This document shows positions 35,981-45,968 of a stretch of 64,000 nt of DNA, piece after piece; position 1 is the stretch's first letter, and every line of letters starts with the position of its first letter. The notes under the pieces were generated by a model, which worked only from the letters and a program-made list of their open reading frames with translations, did not search any database and was not told the origin of the DNA. Source of the DNA: Pseudomonadota bacterium (GTDB lineage Bacteria > Chloroflexota > UBA5177); contig JAJPIP010000044.1 in the NCBI GenBank assembly GCA_021324655.1, forward strand, positions 12,840-76,839, given 5' to 3'. Both the position numbers and the translations under genes were made by a program.

Positions 35981-38248
35981 TTAGCTCGATCGCTGGGAGA
36001 GCGCCTGCAGGACGCGCTCCGGCGTCATGGGCAGGTCAGTGGGGCGGATTCCGGTGGCATCGTAGATGGCATTGGCGATCGCCGCCGCGCCGCCGACCAC
36101 CGGCGGTTCACCCACTCCTCGGCCCCCGAGTGGACCGGAGGGATACGGAACCTCGACCAGGACGGGATCGATCTGCGGGACTTCGAGCGCCGATGGCAGC
36201 GCATAGTCCATGAAGGAACTGGTACGCAGGTGCGCCGACTCGTCGTACACGACCGATTCCAGAAGCGCCCAGCCCACGCCTTGCGCGACCCCGCCACGAA
36301 TCTGGCCGACGATGCCGGCGGGGTTGATGGCGCGCCCCACATCCTGTACCGCGACGTAGTCGAGGACCTCGACCTTCCCGGTCTCGTCATCCACGCGCAC
36401 CCGCGCCAGGTGCGCGATGAAGCCGGGCGCTGCGTCGTCCGGGGCTGCTCGTCCGCTCCCCAGAATCGGCCCATGCTTCGAGCCGAATCCGGTGGTAAGG
36501 GCGGCGATGCGCTCCAGGCTGACCGCACTGGAGGGAACGCCCTTCACTCGCACCTGTCCGTCGACGATCTCCAGATCATCCGGGGCCGCTTCCAGTTCGT
36601 CCGCCGCGATGGCGAGCACCTGCCGCCGTGCCTCTTCCGCTGCTTGCCGCACCGCCGAACCGACCGTGAAGGTAATCTTGCTTCCGCCGGCGGCGCCGGC
36701 GAAGGGAGCCGTGTCGGTCGGGGCGTCCGCCACCTCGACAGCGTCGTAGCCGACCCCAAAGGCGTCCGCCGCCAGCAGCGCGAAGCCCGAGCGCGTCCCG
36801 CTGATATCCGACGAGCCGACCACCACGGTGAGGGTGCCGTCGTCGTTGAGTCGGCATAGAGCGCTGGCCGGCTGGGTCCCTCCCGGCCAGCCCCCGAACG
36901 CGATGCCGACACCCTCGCCGGGACCCTTCTGATGCCGGTTCTGCCAGGCTGGATGGTTCCGCAGTGCCTCCAGGACCTCTCGCGAGCCGATGCGCGGCCA
37001 TGTCTCTTCGCCCGGCATCGAATCACCTTCCACGACGGCGTTCTTGAGGCGCATCTCGAACGGATCCAGGCCGAAGGTCCGCGCCAGCTCTTCGATCTGC
37101 CCCTCGATAGCGAAGCAGGCCTGAGGCGCGCCCGGGGCGCGATAGGCTCCGCACCCCGGCTTGTTCGTCAGGATCTCATAGGCGTCGATCCGCATATGCG
37201 GGAACCGGTACGTACCGCCGAGCAAGAGAGCAACGATGCCCGCTGTCCCGCCGGGGAACGACCCGGTGTCAACGATGATGGTGGCCTGTAACGCGGTGAG
37301 AGTGCCGTCCTTCCTGGCGCCCGTCTTGACGCGCATGGTAATGCCGGGGGCCGGCACCCCTGCCAGAAAATCTTCGGTGCGAGTTAGCGTCAAATGAACG
37401 GGCCGCTTGGTGTCCCAGGCCAGGGCGGCGACGAGCGGATCGAACACCGCATACTTGGCGCCGAACGCGCCGCCGACTTCCGCCGTCCGCACGTTGACGC
37501 GGCGCTCTGAGATTCCCAGTCCCTTGGCGACCTCCTCACGAACGAAGAACGCTCCCTGCGTGCTGGAGTGGACGTCGATATTGCCGGCATTATCGGGAAT
37601 GGCGACGACGGAGAACGGCTCGAGATAACCCTGGTAGACCCAGGACGTGTTGTAGGTGTGCTCGACCACGGCATCCGCCTCGGCGAACCCGCGGTCGATG
37701 TCGCCGCGCTGGTAGCGCTCGGCGGTCGTGCCGTTCGGCGGCATGGGCAGCTGCTGGGTATGTTCGCTGACGCTGGTGTGGGCGCCGGCATCGTCACGGA
37801 GGCCGAGTGCCTCGCTATCGTGCACCTGAACGTGCGTGTTCTCCATGGCGGCCACCGGGTCGCTCAACGCCTCTCGGGGCTCATAGTCAATTTCCACCAG
37901 GCCGGCCGCGTCCTCGGCAATCGCTTCCGACTCGGCGACGACGGCGACGACCGGCTGTCCCTCAAAGAACACGCGGTCGCGCGCCAGCGGATCACGTGAC
38001 CGGGTGAGCCCGTCGGGCGGAACGAGCGGCAGATCCTCCGCCGTGTAGACACCCACGACACCGGGCACCGCTTTCGCGGCCTCCGTGTCAACGCGCGTGA
38101 TGGTGGCATGGGGGTAGGGGCTGAGCACGAGCCGCGCGTGAAGCAGATTGGGGACCCGTAGGTCACCCGCGTAGACCGCTCGTCCCAGGACTTTGCGCTC
38201 GCCGTCCTCGCGGCGCACCCACTGCCCGATCACCGATTCCGTCGCCAT
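35981..38248 (-). CDS. Xanthine dehydrogenase family molybdopterin-binding (large) subunit
   Basis: SPYPHA, GGAFGAK, AYRAPG, DVGRAINP, GQIRGG and GVGEPP motifs. Confidence 0.92.
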   Translation of the reverse strand: MATESVIGQWVRREDGERKVLGRAVYAGDLRVPNLLHARLVLSPYPHATITRVDTEAAKAVPGVVGVYTAEDLPLVPPDGLTRSRDPLARDRVFFEGQPVVAVVAESEAIAEDAAGLVEIDYEPREALSDPVAAMENTHVQVHDSEALGLRDDAGAHTSVSEHTQQLPMPPNGTTAERYQRGDIDRGFAEADAVVEHTYNTSWVYQGYLEPFSVVAIPDNAGNIDVHSSTQGAFFVREEVAKGLGISERRVNVRTAEVGGAFGAKYAVFDPLVAALAWDTKRPVHLTLTRTEDFLAGVPAPGITMRVKTGARKDGTLTALQATIIVDTGSFPGGTAGIVALLLGGTYRFPHMRIDAYEILTNKPGCGAYRAPGAPQACFAIEGQIEELARTFGLDPFEMRLKNAVVEGDSMPGEETWPRIGSREVLEALRNHPAWQNRHQKGPGEGVGIAFGGWPGGTQPASALCRLNDDGTLTVVVGSSDISGTRSGFALLAADAFGVGYDAVEVADAPTDTAPFAGAAGGSKITFTVGSAVRQAAEEARRQVLAIAADELEAAPDDLEIVDGQVRVKGVPSSAVSLERIAALTTGFGSKHGPILGSGRAAPDDAAPGFIAHLARVRVDDETGKVEVLDYVAVQDVGRAINPAGIVGQIRGGVAQGVGWALLESVVYDESAHLRTSSFMDYALPSALEVPQIDPVLVEVPYPSGPLGGRGVGEPPVVGGAAAIANAIYDATGIRPTDLPMTPERVLQALSQRSS

Positions 38249-38307
38249 TTCCTCTTCTCCCGTCAACGCAATGCGGCCCACCGTGGCAGGCCGTAGCCCA
38301 TCTTCGC

Positions 38308-39090
38308 ATGAGGATCGTGGCTGCCTATCAGAAAAGTGGCGACGCACGTGGACAGCGCGCGTGCCGGAGTGTATGCTCTGGTTCCAGAGCAATGCCGCTG
38401 CGTCTCCCCTTCGGTCACAACACCGTGCGCCCTTTCGGCGCGGGAGCATGGCCACGCACCCTCCTGACTGTGCTGACGCTCCTCCTGGCCGCGCTGGGGT
38501 CGGCGCCCCACACGAGCTTCTCTGCCGGATCGGCATCGCCGGTTCACCACTGCCGCGGGAGTACGCGTGCTCGCGTGCCGATTGCCTGGCCCACCGCGCA
38601 CGATCACGCGATAGATCACCGTCTCCCCTTTCACCACGTCCCGGCGGACATTCGCCGCTGGGGATACCTCATCGTCCCGACCGCTCGCCGGTATCACGTC
38701 GATCCCTACCTGATTGCCGGTGTCATCCAGATGGAATCGAATGGCGACCCTCTCGCCTGGAATCTCGACAGCGATGCGCGTGGTCTCATGCAGGTCCTGC
38801 ACGCCTCCTTCCAGCCGGCCGACAATATACGCCTCGGAGTCTCCATGCTGGCCGGCTTTCTGGCGCAGTACCATCGCCTGAATCTGGCCCTTGCTGCGTA
38901 CAACGCCGGTCCCGGCTACGTGCAGGAATACAACGGAGTTCCGCCGTTTCCCGAGACGCGAGACTACATCGTGATGGTCCGGTACTTTCGTGACCACGAC
39001 GCTGGGAGACACCTCTCGCTCGCCCGGAGGGTGCGCTTCGAAGCGGCGCTCCACAACCTGATTGCCGTCTCCAAACGCCTATGTGGATGA
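38308..39090 (+). CDS. Lytic transglycosylase (SLT domain) protein
   Basis: ESNG, GLMQV, AYNAG and ETRDY motifs; start uncertain. Confidence 0.85.
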   Translation: MRIVAAYQKSGDARGQRACRSVCSGSRAMPLRLPFGHNTVRPFGAGAWPRTLLTVLTLLLAALGSAPHTSFSAGSASPVHHCRGSTRARVPIAWPTAHDHAIDHRLPFHHVPADIRRWGYLIVPTARRYHVDPYLIAGVIQMESNGDPLAWNLDSDARGLMQVLHASFQPADNIRLGVSMLAGFLAQYHRLNLALAAYNAGPGYVQEYNGVPPFPETRDYIVMVRYFRDHDAGRHLSLARRVRFEAALHNLIAVSKRLCG

Positions 39091-39212
39091 TCCTGCTGCC
39101 GGGATCATGGGCCTGGCGCCGGGCTGTCCCCGCCGGAATCCCTGCCCGGACGAGTCCTTCGCCTCCATCGCGGAGGATGAACCTACCTCAGCCCGTCGCG
39201 GACGGCGGCCAT

Positions 39213-39232
39213 TTTGTCGACAGTTGGACAAT
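39213..39232 (+). promoter_or_regulatory. Candidate GntR/FadR operator
   Basis: TTTGTCGACAGTTGGACAAT, containing palindromic TGTCGACA, upstream of the GntR gene. Confidence 0.45.
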
Positions 39233-39296
39233 AGCCTATACTCCCGACACGACCACCGTGCCCTGACCGTCAAGTCCCCCTGCGGAGGGTTAGCGC

Positions 39297-40034
39297 GTGC
39301 AGTCTCCTGAGCCGCGGCCCCGCCGGTCCTTCACGCCGGTCCGCCACCCGTCATTGGCCGATACCGTCCTGATTGCCCTGCGGCGCGCGATCGTCAACGG
39401 TGACATTGAGCCCGGGCAGCGACTGGTCGAGACGGACCTTGCCGACCAGTTTCACGTCAGCCGGGCCACCATTCGCCAGGCGCTGGAGCGCTGCAAGGTG
39501 GAGGGACTGATCGAGATCCGTCCCCGCCGTGGTGCTGTCGTCACCCGCATGTCCAATGACGTGGCCCGCGATGTCTGCGTGGTCCGCGGCGTCCTGGAGT
39601 CATGGGTGGCACGCACGTCGTGCCGGCGACTCACCGACCAGGATCTTGAGAGGATGCGCGCCCTGAGCCGTGAGATGGGTGATCTGGTCCGCTCCGGCGA
39701 TGTCTACGGCGTGGCGGAGCGCGACATCGAGTTCCACTCCCTCATTCTGCGCGGCGACACCAATGCCTACCTTCGCGAGCGATGGGACTCTCTCAATGCG
39801 CTGCACGGCGCTCTCCTGGCATCACGTCTTGCCTACTACGATTACGATCCGGCCGGCGTGATTGAACGTCATCTCGATCTCGTCGGCGCTCTGGCGCGGC
39901 GTGATCCCGATGTCGCGGAGCACGCGGTGCGCGGCCACTACATCGCCCCGTTCATTCCGGACGAGTCGGAGACTACCACCATCGTGTCGCTCGACGCCCT
40001 GAAACGACCCGCGCGGGAGGCGCGCTATGACTGA
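39297..40034 (+). CDS. GntR family regulator (FCD domain)
   Basis: PGQRLVE...VSRATIRQAL HTH; DIEFH...H FCD motifs. Confidence 0.92.
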   Translation: MQSPEPRPRRSFTPVRHPSLADTVLIALRRAIVNGDIEPGQRLVETDLADQFHVSRATIRQALERCKVEGLIEIRPRRGAVVTRMSNDVARDVCVVRGVLESWVARTSCRRLTDQDLERMRALSREMGDLVRSGDVYGVAERDIEFHSLILRGDTNAYLRERWDSLNALHGALLASRLAYYDYDPAGVIERHLDLVGALARRDPDVAEHAVRGHYIAPFIPDESETTTIVSLDALKRPAREARYD

Positions 40035-40977
40035 ACTGACGGTGACCAAGATTCCCATCAAACGGGGGCAGCGCATCACGCAGGTGGCGCGCGTGCCCAT
40101 CGCCGGTGCGACGGTCGAGGTTCCCGTTATCACCATCGGCGGGGTACACGATGGGCCGCGTGTCGCGGTCACCGGCGGAATCCATGGTGCCGAGTACGTC
40201 GCGATCGAGGCGGCGCGGCGCCTGGGCATGAGCATCGACCCCCAGGAACTCTCCGGCACGCTGGTCGTGGTCCCTATCAGTAACACGACTGCCTTCTTCA
40301 GCCGCTCGATCTACACCTCCGGACTTGACACCAACAATCTGAACCGCATGTTCCCGGGCGACGCCCAGGGCGCGCCCAGCCAGGTACTGGCCGGTTGGCT
40401 GTTTCGCACCATCATTCAGCCCTCGCAGTACTACATCGACATGCATGGCGGCGACATGATCGAGGCCCTCGTCCCCTTCGTCCTGGCTCCTCAGACCGGC
40501 AACGCGGAGGTCGATGCACTCTCACTGGCCATGGCCGAAGCATCCGGCATCGAGCGCATCATCGCCGGAGACGTCGCCGGGTCAACCAGCGGCGCGGCGG
40601 CCGCTGCCGGCATCCCATCCATCCTGGCTGAGGTGGGGGGCCAGGGAGTGTGGCGTGAGGAAGAGGTCGCGGCCCACCTGGAGAGCACGCTCCGGGTTTT
40701 GCGCCGTTTGAGCCTGCTCCCGGGCGATGTGCCCGCCGCCCTGGACCAGCGGACGTACCGGACGTTTGCCTGGATGCGCGCGGAAACCCGCGGACTGTTT
40801 CATCCATCCGTACGAGTAGGAGAGCAGGTTCGGGACGGTCAACATCTCGGGCAGATCGTTGACTACTTCGGGAACCCGCTGCAGTCGGTGAACGCCGTGA
40901 CGGACGGCGAGGTGGTCTTCCTGGTGACGTCTCTCGCCATCAACGCCGGCGATCCGCTCCTGGCCCTCGGAGCCTAG
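40027..40977 (+). CDS. Succinylglutamate desuccinylase/aspartoacylase family hydrolase
   Basis: GIHGAE, NLNRMFPG, IDMHGG and EVG motifs. Confidence 0.9.
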   Translation: MTELTVTKIPIKRGQRITQVARVPIAGATVEVPVITIGGVHDGPRVAVTGGIHGAEYVAIEAARRLGMSIDPQELSGTLVVVPISNTTAFFSRSIYTSGLDTNNLNRMFPGDAQGAPSQVLAGWLFRTIIQPSQYYIDMHGGDMIEALVPFVLAPQTGNAEVDALSLAMAEASGIERIIAGDVAGSTSGAAAAAGIPSILAEVGGQGVWREEEVAAHLESTLRVLRRLSLLPGDVPAALDQRTYRTFAWMRAETRGLFHPSVRVGEQVRDGQHLGQIVDYFGNPLQSVNAVTDGEVVFLVTSLAINAGDPLLALGA

Positions 40978-41079
40978 CAGAGGGCCGTTGTATCGGTCAT
41001 TTGGTGGAGGTGAATGGCGTATTGGACGACGTAAGAGGCGCTCGGTCGGACCCTTAGAGATCCCGTTGAGGAGAAGTTC

Positions 41080-42657
41080 GTGAACTACCATCCATTCAAT
41101 CCCTGGCGTCGCGTCCTTGTCCCTGTGTCCCTGGCAGCCGTCGTGCTCAGTGGTTTCGTGGTCGCGGCGCCGCATGTGGCCCGCGGTGCGACCGCACCGG
41201 CGCAGAGTTCGAAGAATACCCTGACCATCGGCTGGAGTATCGAGACCAAGACGCTCGATCCGGCCGGCAACTCCCAGAATCCCGACATCTGGGTTCAGGT
41301 CAACATCTTCGACAAGCTGGTGCAGGTGGCGCCGAACGGTACCAACATCGTCCCGGATCTCGCCACCACATGGTCGATGTCCAACCGTGGGAAGGTGTAC
41401 ACCTTCCACCTCCGCAAGGGCATCAAGTTCCAGAACGGGGCACCGGTGACGGCCAAGGATGTGGCCTTCTGTATCAACCGAGCCCGCAAACCGGCTGCGG
41501 CATGGTCGTGGACGCTGACGGCCGTCAAGAACGTCACCGCGCCCAACTCCAGGACGGTGCGCATCACCCTCAAGCATCCGTGGGCGCCGCTTCTCTCCGA
41601 CGTCTCGCTCTTTGACACCGGCGTTTACCCGGAGGCGTACTTCAAGAAGGTCGGCGCGAGCGGGATGGCCACGCACCCGATCGGAAGCGGTCCCTATAAG
41701 TTCGTGACCTGGAAACGCGGCCAGTACATCCTGCTGCAGAAGGATCCGCACTACTGGAACGCGGCGAAGTACCCGATGCAGTACGTCGAGTACGAGTTGA
41801 TTCCGAACGACAACACGCGCCTGCTGCAGACCGAGGCCGGGCAGCTCGACGTGGACAACGTCCTTCCCTGGAGCGATATCGCCTCGGTCACGCGTTCCGG
41901 CAAGGCGCAGGTCCAGATCAACCGCTCGACCGAAACGATGTACATAACGGCGCTCGACACGCTGCCGCAGTTCAAGGACGTCCACGTGCGGCAGGCCATC
42001 AACCATGCGATCGACCGGGCGGCGTTGGTTCGGGCCATCCTCTTCGGTCATGGCACGCCCGCCAACTCCTTCATGCCGAAGGGCGCGCTTGACTACGATC
42101 CCAACATTCCGGTGCCGAGCTACAACATGACGCTCGCCAAGAAGGACATGAGTGAGTCGAAGTACAAACACGGCTTCACCATCACCATGGAGGTACCCTC
42201 CGGAGACTCGGTGAGCAACTCGATCGACGTCATCCTCAAGAGTGAGTTGAAGCCGCTCGGCATCACCCTCAACCTGCGGCAGGAAGATCAGACCACGCTC
42301 TTCAACAACCAGCAGAAGGCGAAGTACCACCTGACCAACAACCTGTGGACCAACGACATCCCCGATCCGGACGAACTGGTGTCTTTCGCCGTGGATTACA
42401 ACCTCCCGGCGTCCCGGTCGTTCTTCACCTGGTACGACAACCCGACGCTGTCCCGGCTCTCCTCGGAGGCGGAGCAGACCAATAGCGCATCGAGGCGGCA
42501 GCACGACTACTACGAGATCCAGACGATCTTCATGCAGCAGATACCGTTCTGGCCGCTGTTCTACGTGCCGTTTGCAAATGCGGTTGCCAATGGTGTCCAC
42601 GGGTTCTCGGAGAACCCGCTGGGATACTTCAACCTGCAGGGCGTGCACAAGTCCTGA
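41080..42657 (+). CDS. Peptide/nickel ABC transporter substrate-binding protein (family 5)
   Basis: LDP, PDLA...W, YTFHLRKGIKF, GSGPY, VRQAI motifs. Confidence 0.92.
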   Translation: MNYHPFNPWRRVLVPVSLAAVVLSGFVVAAPHVARGATAPAQSSKNTLTIGWSIETKTLDPAGNSQNPDIWVQVNIFDKLVQVAPNGTNIVPDLATTWSMSNRGKVYTFHLRKGIKFQNGAPVTAKDVAFCINRARKPAAAWSWTLTAVKNVTAPNSRTVRITLKHPWAPLLSDVSLFDTGVYPEAYFKKVGASGMATHPIGSGPYKFVTWKRGQYILLQKDPHYWNAAKYPMQYVEYELIPNDNTRLLQTEAGQLDVDNVLPWSDIASVTRSGKAQVQINRSTETMYITALDTLPQFKDVHVRQAINHAIDRAALVRAILFGHGTPANSFMPKGALDYDPNIPVPSYNMTLAKKDMSESKYKHGFTITMEVPSGDSVSNSIDVILKSELKPLGITLNLRQEDQTTLFNNQQKAKYHLTNNLWTNDIPDPDELVSFAVDYNLPASRSFFTWYDNPTLSRLSSEAEQTNSASRRQHDYYEIQTIFMQQIPFWPLFYVPFANAVANGVHGFSENPLGYFNLQGVHKS

Positions 42658-42669
42658 GGGGTTAGCGCG

Positions 42670-43611
42670 GTGGGCGGCTACAGTTTCGTCGGTCGGCGTC
42701 TTATCCAGGCCATTCCGGTCCTCTTCGGGATCACGCTGGTGTCGTTCTTCCTGATCCACCTGATTCCCGGCGACCCGGTAGCAGCCATCCTGGGTAACCA
42801 CTACAACGCGCAGACGGCGGCCGCCCTCCGCCATTCCCTGGGACTGGACCGTCCCATCTGGGACCAGTACCTGATCTTCCTCGGGCACGTGGTGCATGGG
42901 AACCTCGGGCAGTCGATCTACTACGAGCAACCCGTCAGCCAGGTCATCGGTGACCGCATCGCGCCGACGGCCTGGCTGGTGGTGTACTCCAGTGTCCTGG
43001 CCGCCGTCATCTCGTTTCCGCTCGCCCTCGTGTCGGCTCTGCGCCATGACGGCGTGATCGACCAGGTCATCCGGGCCGTGTTCGTGGTGGCGTTCGCCAT
43101 GCCCGCCTTCTGGGTCGGCATCGTGCTGATCCTCTTCCTCAGTATCGACGTCAAGATTTTCCCGGTAAGCGGCTACGGTAACGGCTTTGCCGGCCACCTC
43201 CAGGCGCTGTTCCTGCCGTCGCTCACTATCGCTCTTGCCTTCTCCGCGGTGCTGATCCGTTCCCTGCGGAACGGCATCCTCGAGGTCATGAGTGAGGATT
43301 ACATCCGGACGGCGCGGGCGAAGGGGCTGGGCACGCGCCTCATCCTGCTGCGCCACATGCTGCGCAACGCCGTCCCGCCGACGATCACCATCTTCGGCGT
43401 CAACATCGCCTTTCTGTTGGGCTCGACCGTCGTCATCGAAAACGTGTTCGCCGTCGGCGGAATCGGGCAACTGCTCGTCTCCGCCATCCTGCAGCGCGAT
43501 TATGAGGTCGTGCAGGGGATTACCCTTCTCCTCGCCGTAGCCGTGGTCGCCATCAACCTCCTGACCGACATCGTGCATGTGCTGCTCGATCCGCGCGTCT
43601 CGTACGGGTAG
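42670..43611 (+). CDS. Peptide ABC permease (DppB-like)
   Basis: PGDP, GLDRP and YIRTARAKG (EAA) motifs. Confidence 0.93.
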   Translation: MGGYSFVGRRLIQAIPVLFGITLVSFFLIHLIPGDPVAAILGNHYNAQTAAALRHSLGLDRPIWDQYLIFLGHVVHGNLGQSIYYEQPVSQVIGDRIAPTAWLVVYSSVLAAVISFPLALVSALRHDGVIDQVIRAVFVVAFAMPAFWVGIVLILFLSIDVKIFPVSGYGNGFAGHLQALFLPSLTIALAFSAVLIRSLRNGILEVMSEDYIRTARAKGLGTRLILLRHMLRNAVPPTITIFGVNIAFLLGSTVVIENVFAVGGIGQLLVSAILQRDYEVVQGITLLLAVAVVAINLLTDIVHVLLDPRVSYG

Positions 43612-44501
43612 TGAGTGCCATGGCTGCCAACGCTCAAGCCGCCCAGGAGCTGATCGATCTCGATGCCGAACCGATCACAACCAGCCGGCACCGCGCCGTC
43701 ACCTGGCCGCTCGTGGTGGGATTGGGGATCTTTGCCGTCATCGCGCTGCTGTGCATCTTTGCTCCGTTGATTACCCACTACGATCCGACGGCGCAGGATC
43801 TCCTGCATCCCGGTGCGCCCCCCTTCACCGGCGGGCATGTCCTCGGCACCGACGCCCCCTATGGCCGTGATGTCCTGAGCCGCCTGCTGTACGGCGGCCG
43901 CGCTGACCTCGCCATTGGATTGGGCGGGACCGGCGTGACGATTGTGGTCGGCACGCTGATCGGCCTCATCTCCGGCTACTACGGCGGCTGGGTCGACAGT
44001 GTCCTGATGCGTATCGCCGACGTCTTCTTCGCCTTCCCGTTCCTGGTGCTCGTGCTGGCGATCGTCGCCGCCCTGGGGCCAAGCCTATTCAATCTCTTCG
44101 TGGCGATCTGGGCGGTCGGCTGGGTCTCGTACGCCCGCATCATTCGGGGACAGACGCTCTCCATGAAGCAGCGGGACTTCGTGCTGGCCTCACGGTGCGG
44201 CGGCTGCAAGAACGGCCGCATCATGGTCCGGCACATCCTGCCGCATATCATCTCCGCGGCCCTGGTGTTCGCCATGGTCGACGCCATCGGCAACATCCTG
44301 CTGGCCGCGGCGCTCGGTTACCTTGGCCTCGGCGTGCAGGAGCCTGCTCCGGAGTGGGGCACGATGATCGCCGACGGCCAGCAGTACATCGTCACGCAGT
44401 GGTGGGTGCCGACCATTCCGGGCATCGCGATCGCCATTACCGGCATCTCCTTCAGCCTGATTGGGGACGGACTCGCGACGTATTTACGGCCACGGGGGTA
44501 A
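43611..44501 (+). CDS. Peptide ABC permease (DppC-like)
   Basis: LGTD..GRD, HILP, LGLG...PEWG motifs. Confidence 0.93.
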   Translation: MSAMAANAQAAQELIDLDAEPITTSRHRAVTWPLVVGLGIFAVIALLCIFAPLITHYDPTAQDLLHPGAPPFTGGHVLGTDAPYGRDVLSRLLYGGRADLAIGLGGTGVTIVVGTLIGLISGYYGGWVDSVLMRIADVFFAFPFLVLVLAIVAALGPSLFNLFVAIWAVGWVSYARIIRGQTLSMKQRDFVLASRCGGCKNGRIMVRHILPHIISAALVFAMVDAIGNILLAAALGYLGLGVQEPAPEWGTMIADGQQYIVTQWWVPTIPGIAIAITGISFSLIGDGLATYLRPRG

Positions 44502-44506
44502 GTGAG

Positions 44507-45196
44507 ATGCGTGTCAGCGAGATGAACTGGATGCAGCTCGAGGAATATCTCTCGCGCGACGACCGCGCCGTTATTCCCCTCGGGAGTACCGAGCAGCACG
44601 CCTACCTGAGCCTGGCGACCGACGCCATTCTGGCCGAGCGCGTGGCGACCGACGCCGCGGAGCCGCTCGGCGTTCCTGTCTTTCCCGTGCTGGCCTACGG
44701 GATCACGCCGTCCTTTCTGGCCTTCCCCGGGAGCGTCAGTCTGCGGGTCTCGACCTACATCGCCGTGCTCTCCGACATGCTGGACTCGCTGTACGGACAG
44801 GGCTTCCGGCGGTTCCTCCTGGTCAACGGACACGGCGGGAACAGTCCGGCGGGATCGCTGGCCGCCGAGTGGATGGCGAATCACCCCGACAGCAAGGTTG
44901 TGCTCCACAATTGGTGGAATGCGCCTCAGACCTGGGAGCAGGTGCAGGCCATCGACGCCGTCGGAGCCCACGGCTCCTGGATGGAGAACTTCCCCTGGAA
45001 CCGGGTGGCCGAGACACCCGAGGGGATGAAGCAGCCGGTGAATGCGGAGGCCCTGCGCGCCCTCACTCCGGATGGTGTCAAGTCGTTGATCGGCGACGGC
45101 AACTACGGCGGTGTCTACCAGAAGTCGGACGAGCAGATGCTGCAGCTGTGGCGCACCGGTGTGGAGGAGACGCGGGGACTGATCCGTGAGCTTTAG
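44507..45196 (+). CDS. Creatininase family amidohydrolase
   Basis: GSTEQH...D, NGHGGN and H...E motifs. Confidence 0.9.
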   Translation: MRVSEMNWMQLEEYLSRDDRAVIPLGSTEQHAYLSLATDAILAERVATDAAEPLGVPVFPVLAYGITPSFLAFPGSVSLRVSTYIAVLSDMLDSLYGQGFRRFLLVNGHGGNSPAGSLAAEWMANHPDSKVVLHNWWNAPQTWEQVQAIDAVGAHGSWMENFPWNRVAETPEGMKQPVNAEALRALTPDGVKSLIGDGNYGGVYQKSDEQMLQLWRTGVEETRGLIREL

Positions 45197-45950
45197 CTTC
45201 ACGGGAAAGGTGGCCCTGGTCACCGGAGCGGCTCACGGTATCGGGCGTAGTATCTGCGTCGAGCTCGCCCGGTGCGGCGCCCACGTCTCGGCCGCCGATG
45301 TCCTGCGTGACGAACTGGAGACGACGGTCGACGCGTGCGCGGCGGCCGGCGGTACCTGCCGCTCGGCCCGGCTGGACGTGACCGACGGCGCGGCCGTCCA
45401 CCGATTGGCCGCCGAGATCGGGCCGGTCGATATCCTGGTGAACGTGGCAGGAGGCGTGCTCGGGCAGGTGGGGAAGCCGATCGAGGAGGTGACGGACGAG
45501 GAGTTCGCGGCGATCGTTGCGGTGAATCTGACGGGCGCCTTTAACTGCGCGCGAGCGGTGGCGCCGGGCATGAAAGCCCGCCGGTACGGCCGCATAGTCA
45601 ATATCTCCTCCGGGGCGGGGCGGAGCACCAGCCTGACCGGCATCCAGGCCTACACCAGCGCCAAGGCCGGGCAGATCGGACTGACACGGCAGCTGGCGCA
45701 GGAACTTGGGCCCTGGGGCATCACCGTCAACAACATCGCCCCCGGCTTCATTCGCAGCAATCCCACGACGGAGCGGCAGTGGGAGTCGTACGGCGAGGAG
45801 GGCCGGCGCGCTTTGGTCGCGGATCTGGCGCTGCGCCGCCTGGGGACACCCGAGGATATTGCCTACGGCGTTCTCTTCTTCGCTTCCGACTATGCCGGAT
45901 GGTGCACCGGCCAGGTCCTCAGCATCGACGGCGGAAAGGCCATGTTTTGA
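45186..45950 (+). CDS. Short-chain dehydrogenase/reductase
   Basis: TGAAHGIG, NISS and YTSAK motifs. Confidence 0.92.
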   Translation: MSFSFTGKVALVTGAAHGIGRSICVELARCGAHVSAADVLRDELETTVDACAAAGGTCRSARLDVTDGAAVHRLAAEIGPVDILVNVAGGVLGQVGKPIEEVTDEEFAAIVAVNLTGAFNCARAVAPGMKARRYGRIVNISSGAGRSTSLTGIQAYTSAKAGQIGLTRQLAQELGPWGITVNNIAPGFIRSNPTTERQWESYGEEGRRALVADLALRRLGTPEDIAYGVLFFASDYAGWCTGQVLSIDGGKAMF

Positions 45951-45968
45951 AAACCGTGACGAGCGCTC

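Noticed and set aside
35981-38248. Aerobic CO dehydrogenase coxL
   Set aside because: The active-site loop is AYRAPG, not AYxCSFR, and there are no coxMS or accessory genes
40582-43578. 998-aa minus-strand ORF
   Set aside because: Antisense shadow of the deacylase, SBP and permease genes, as expected from high-GC codon bias; no recognisable domain
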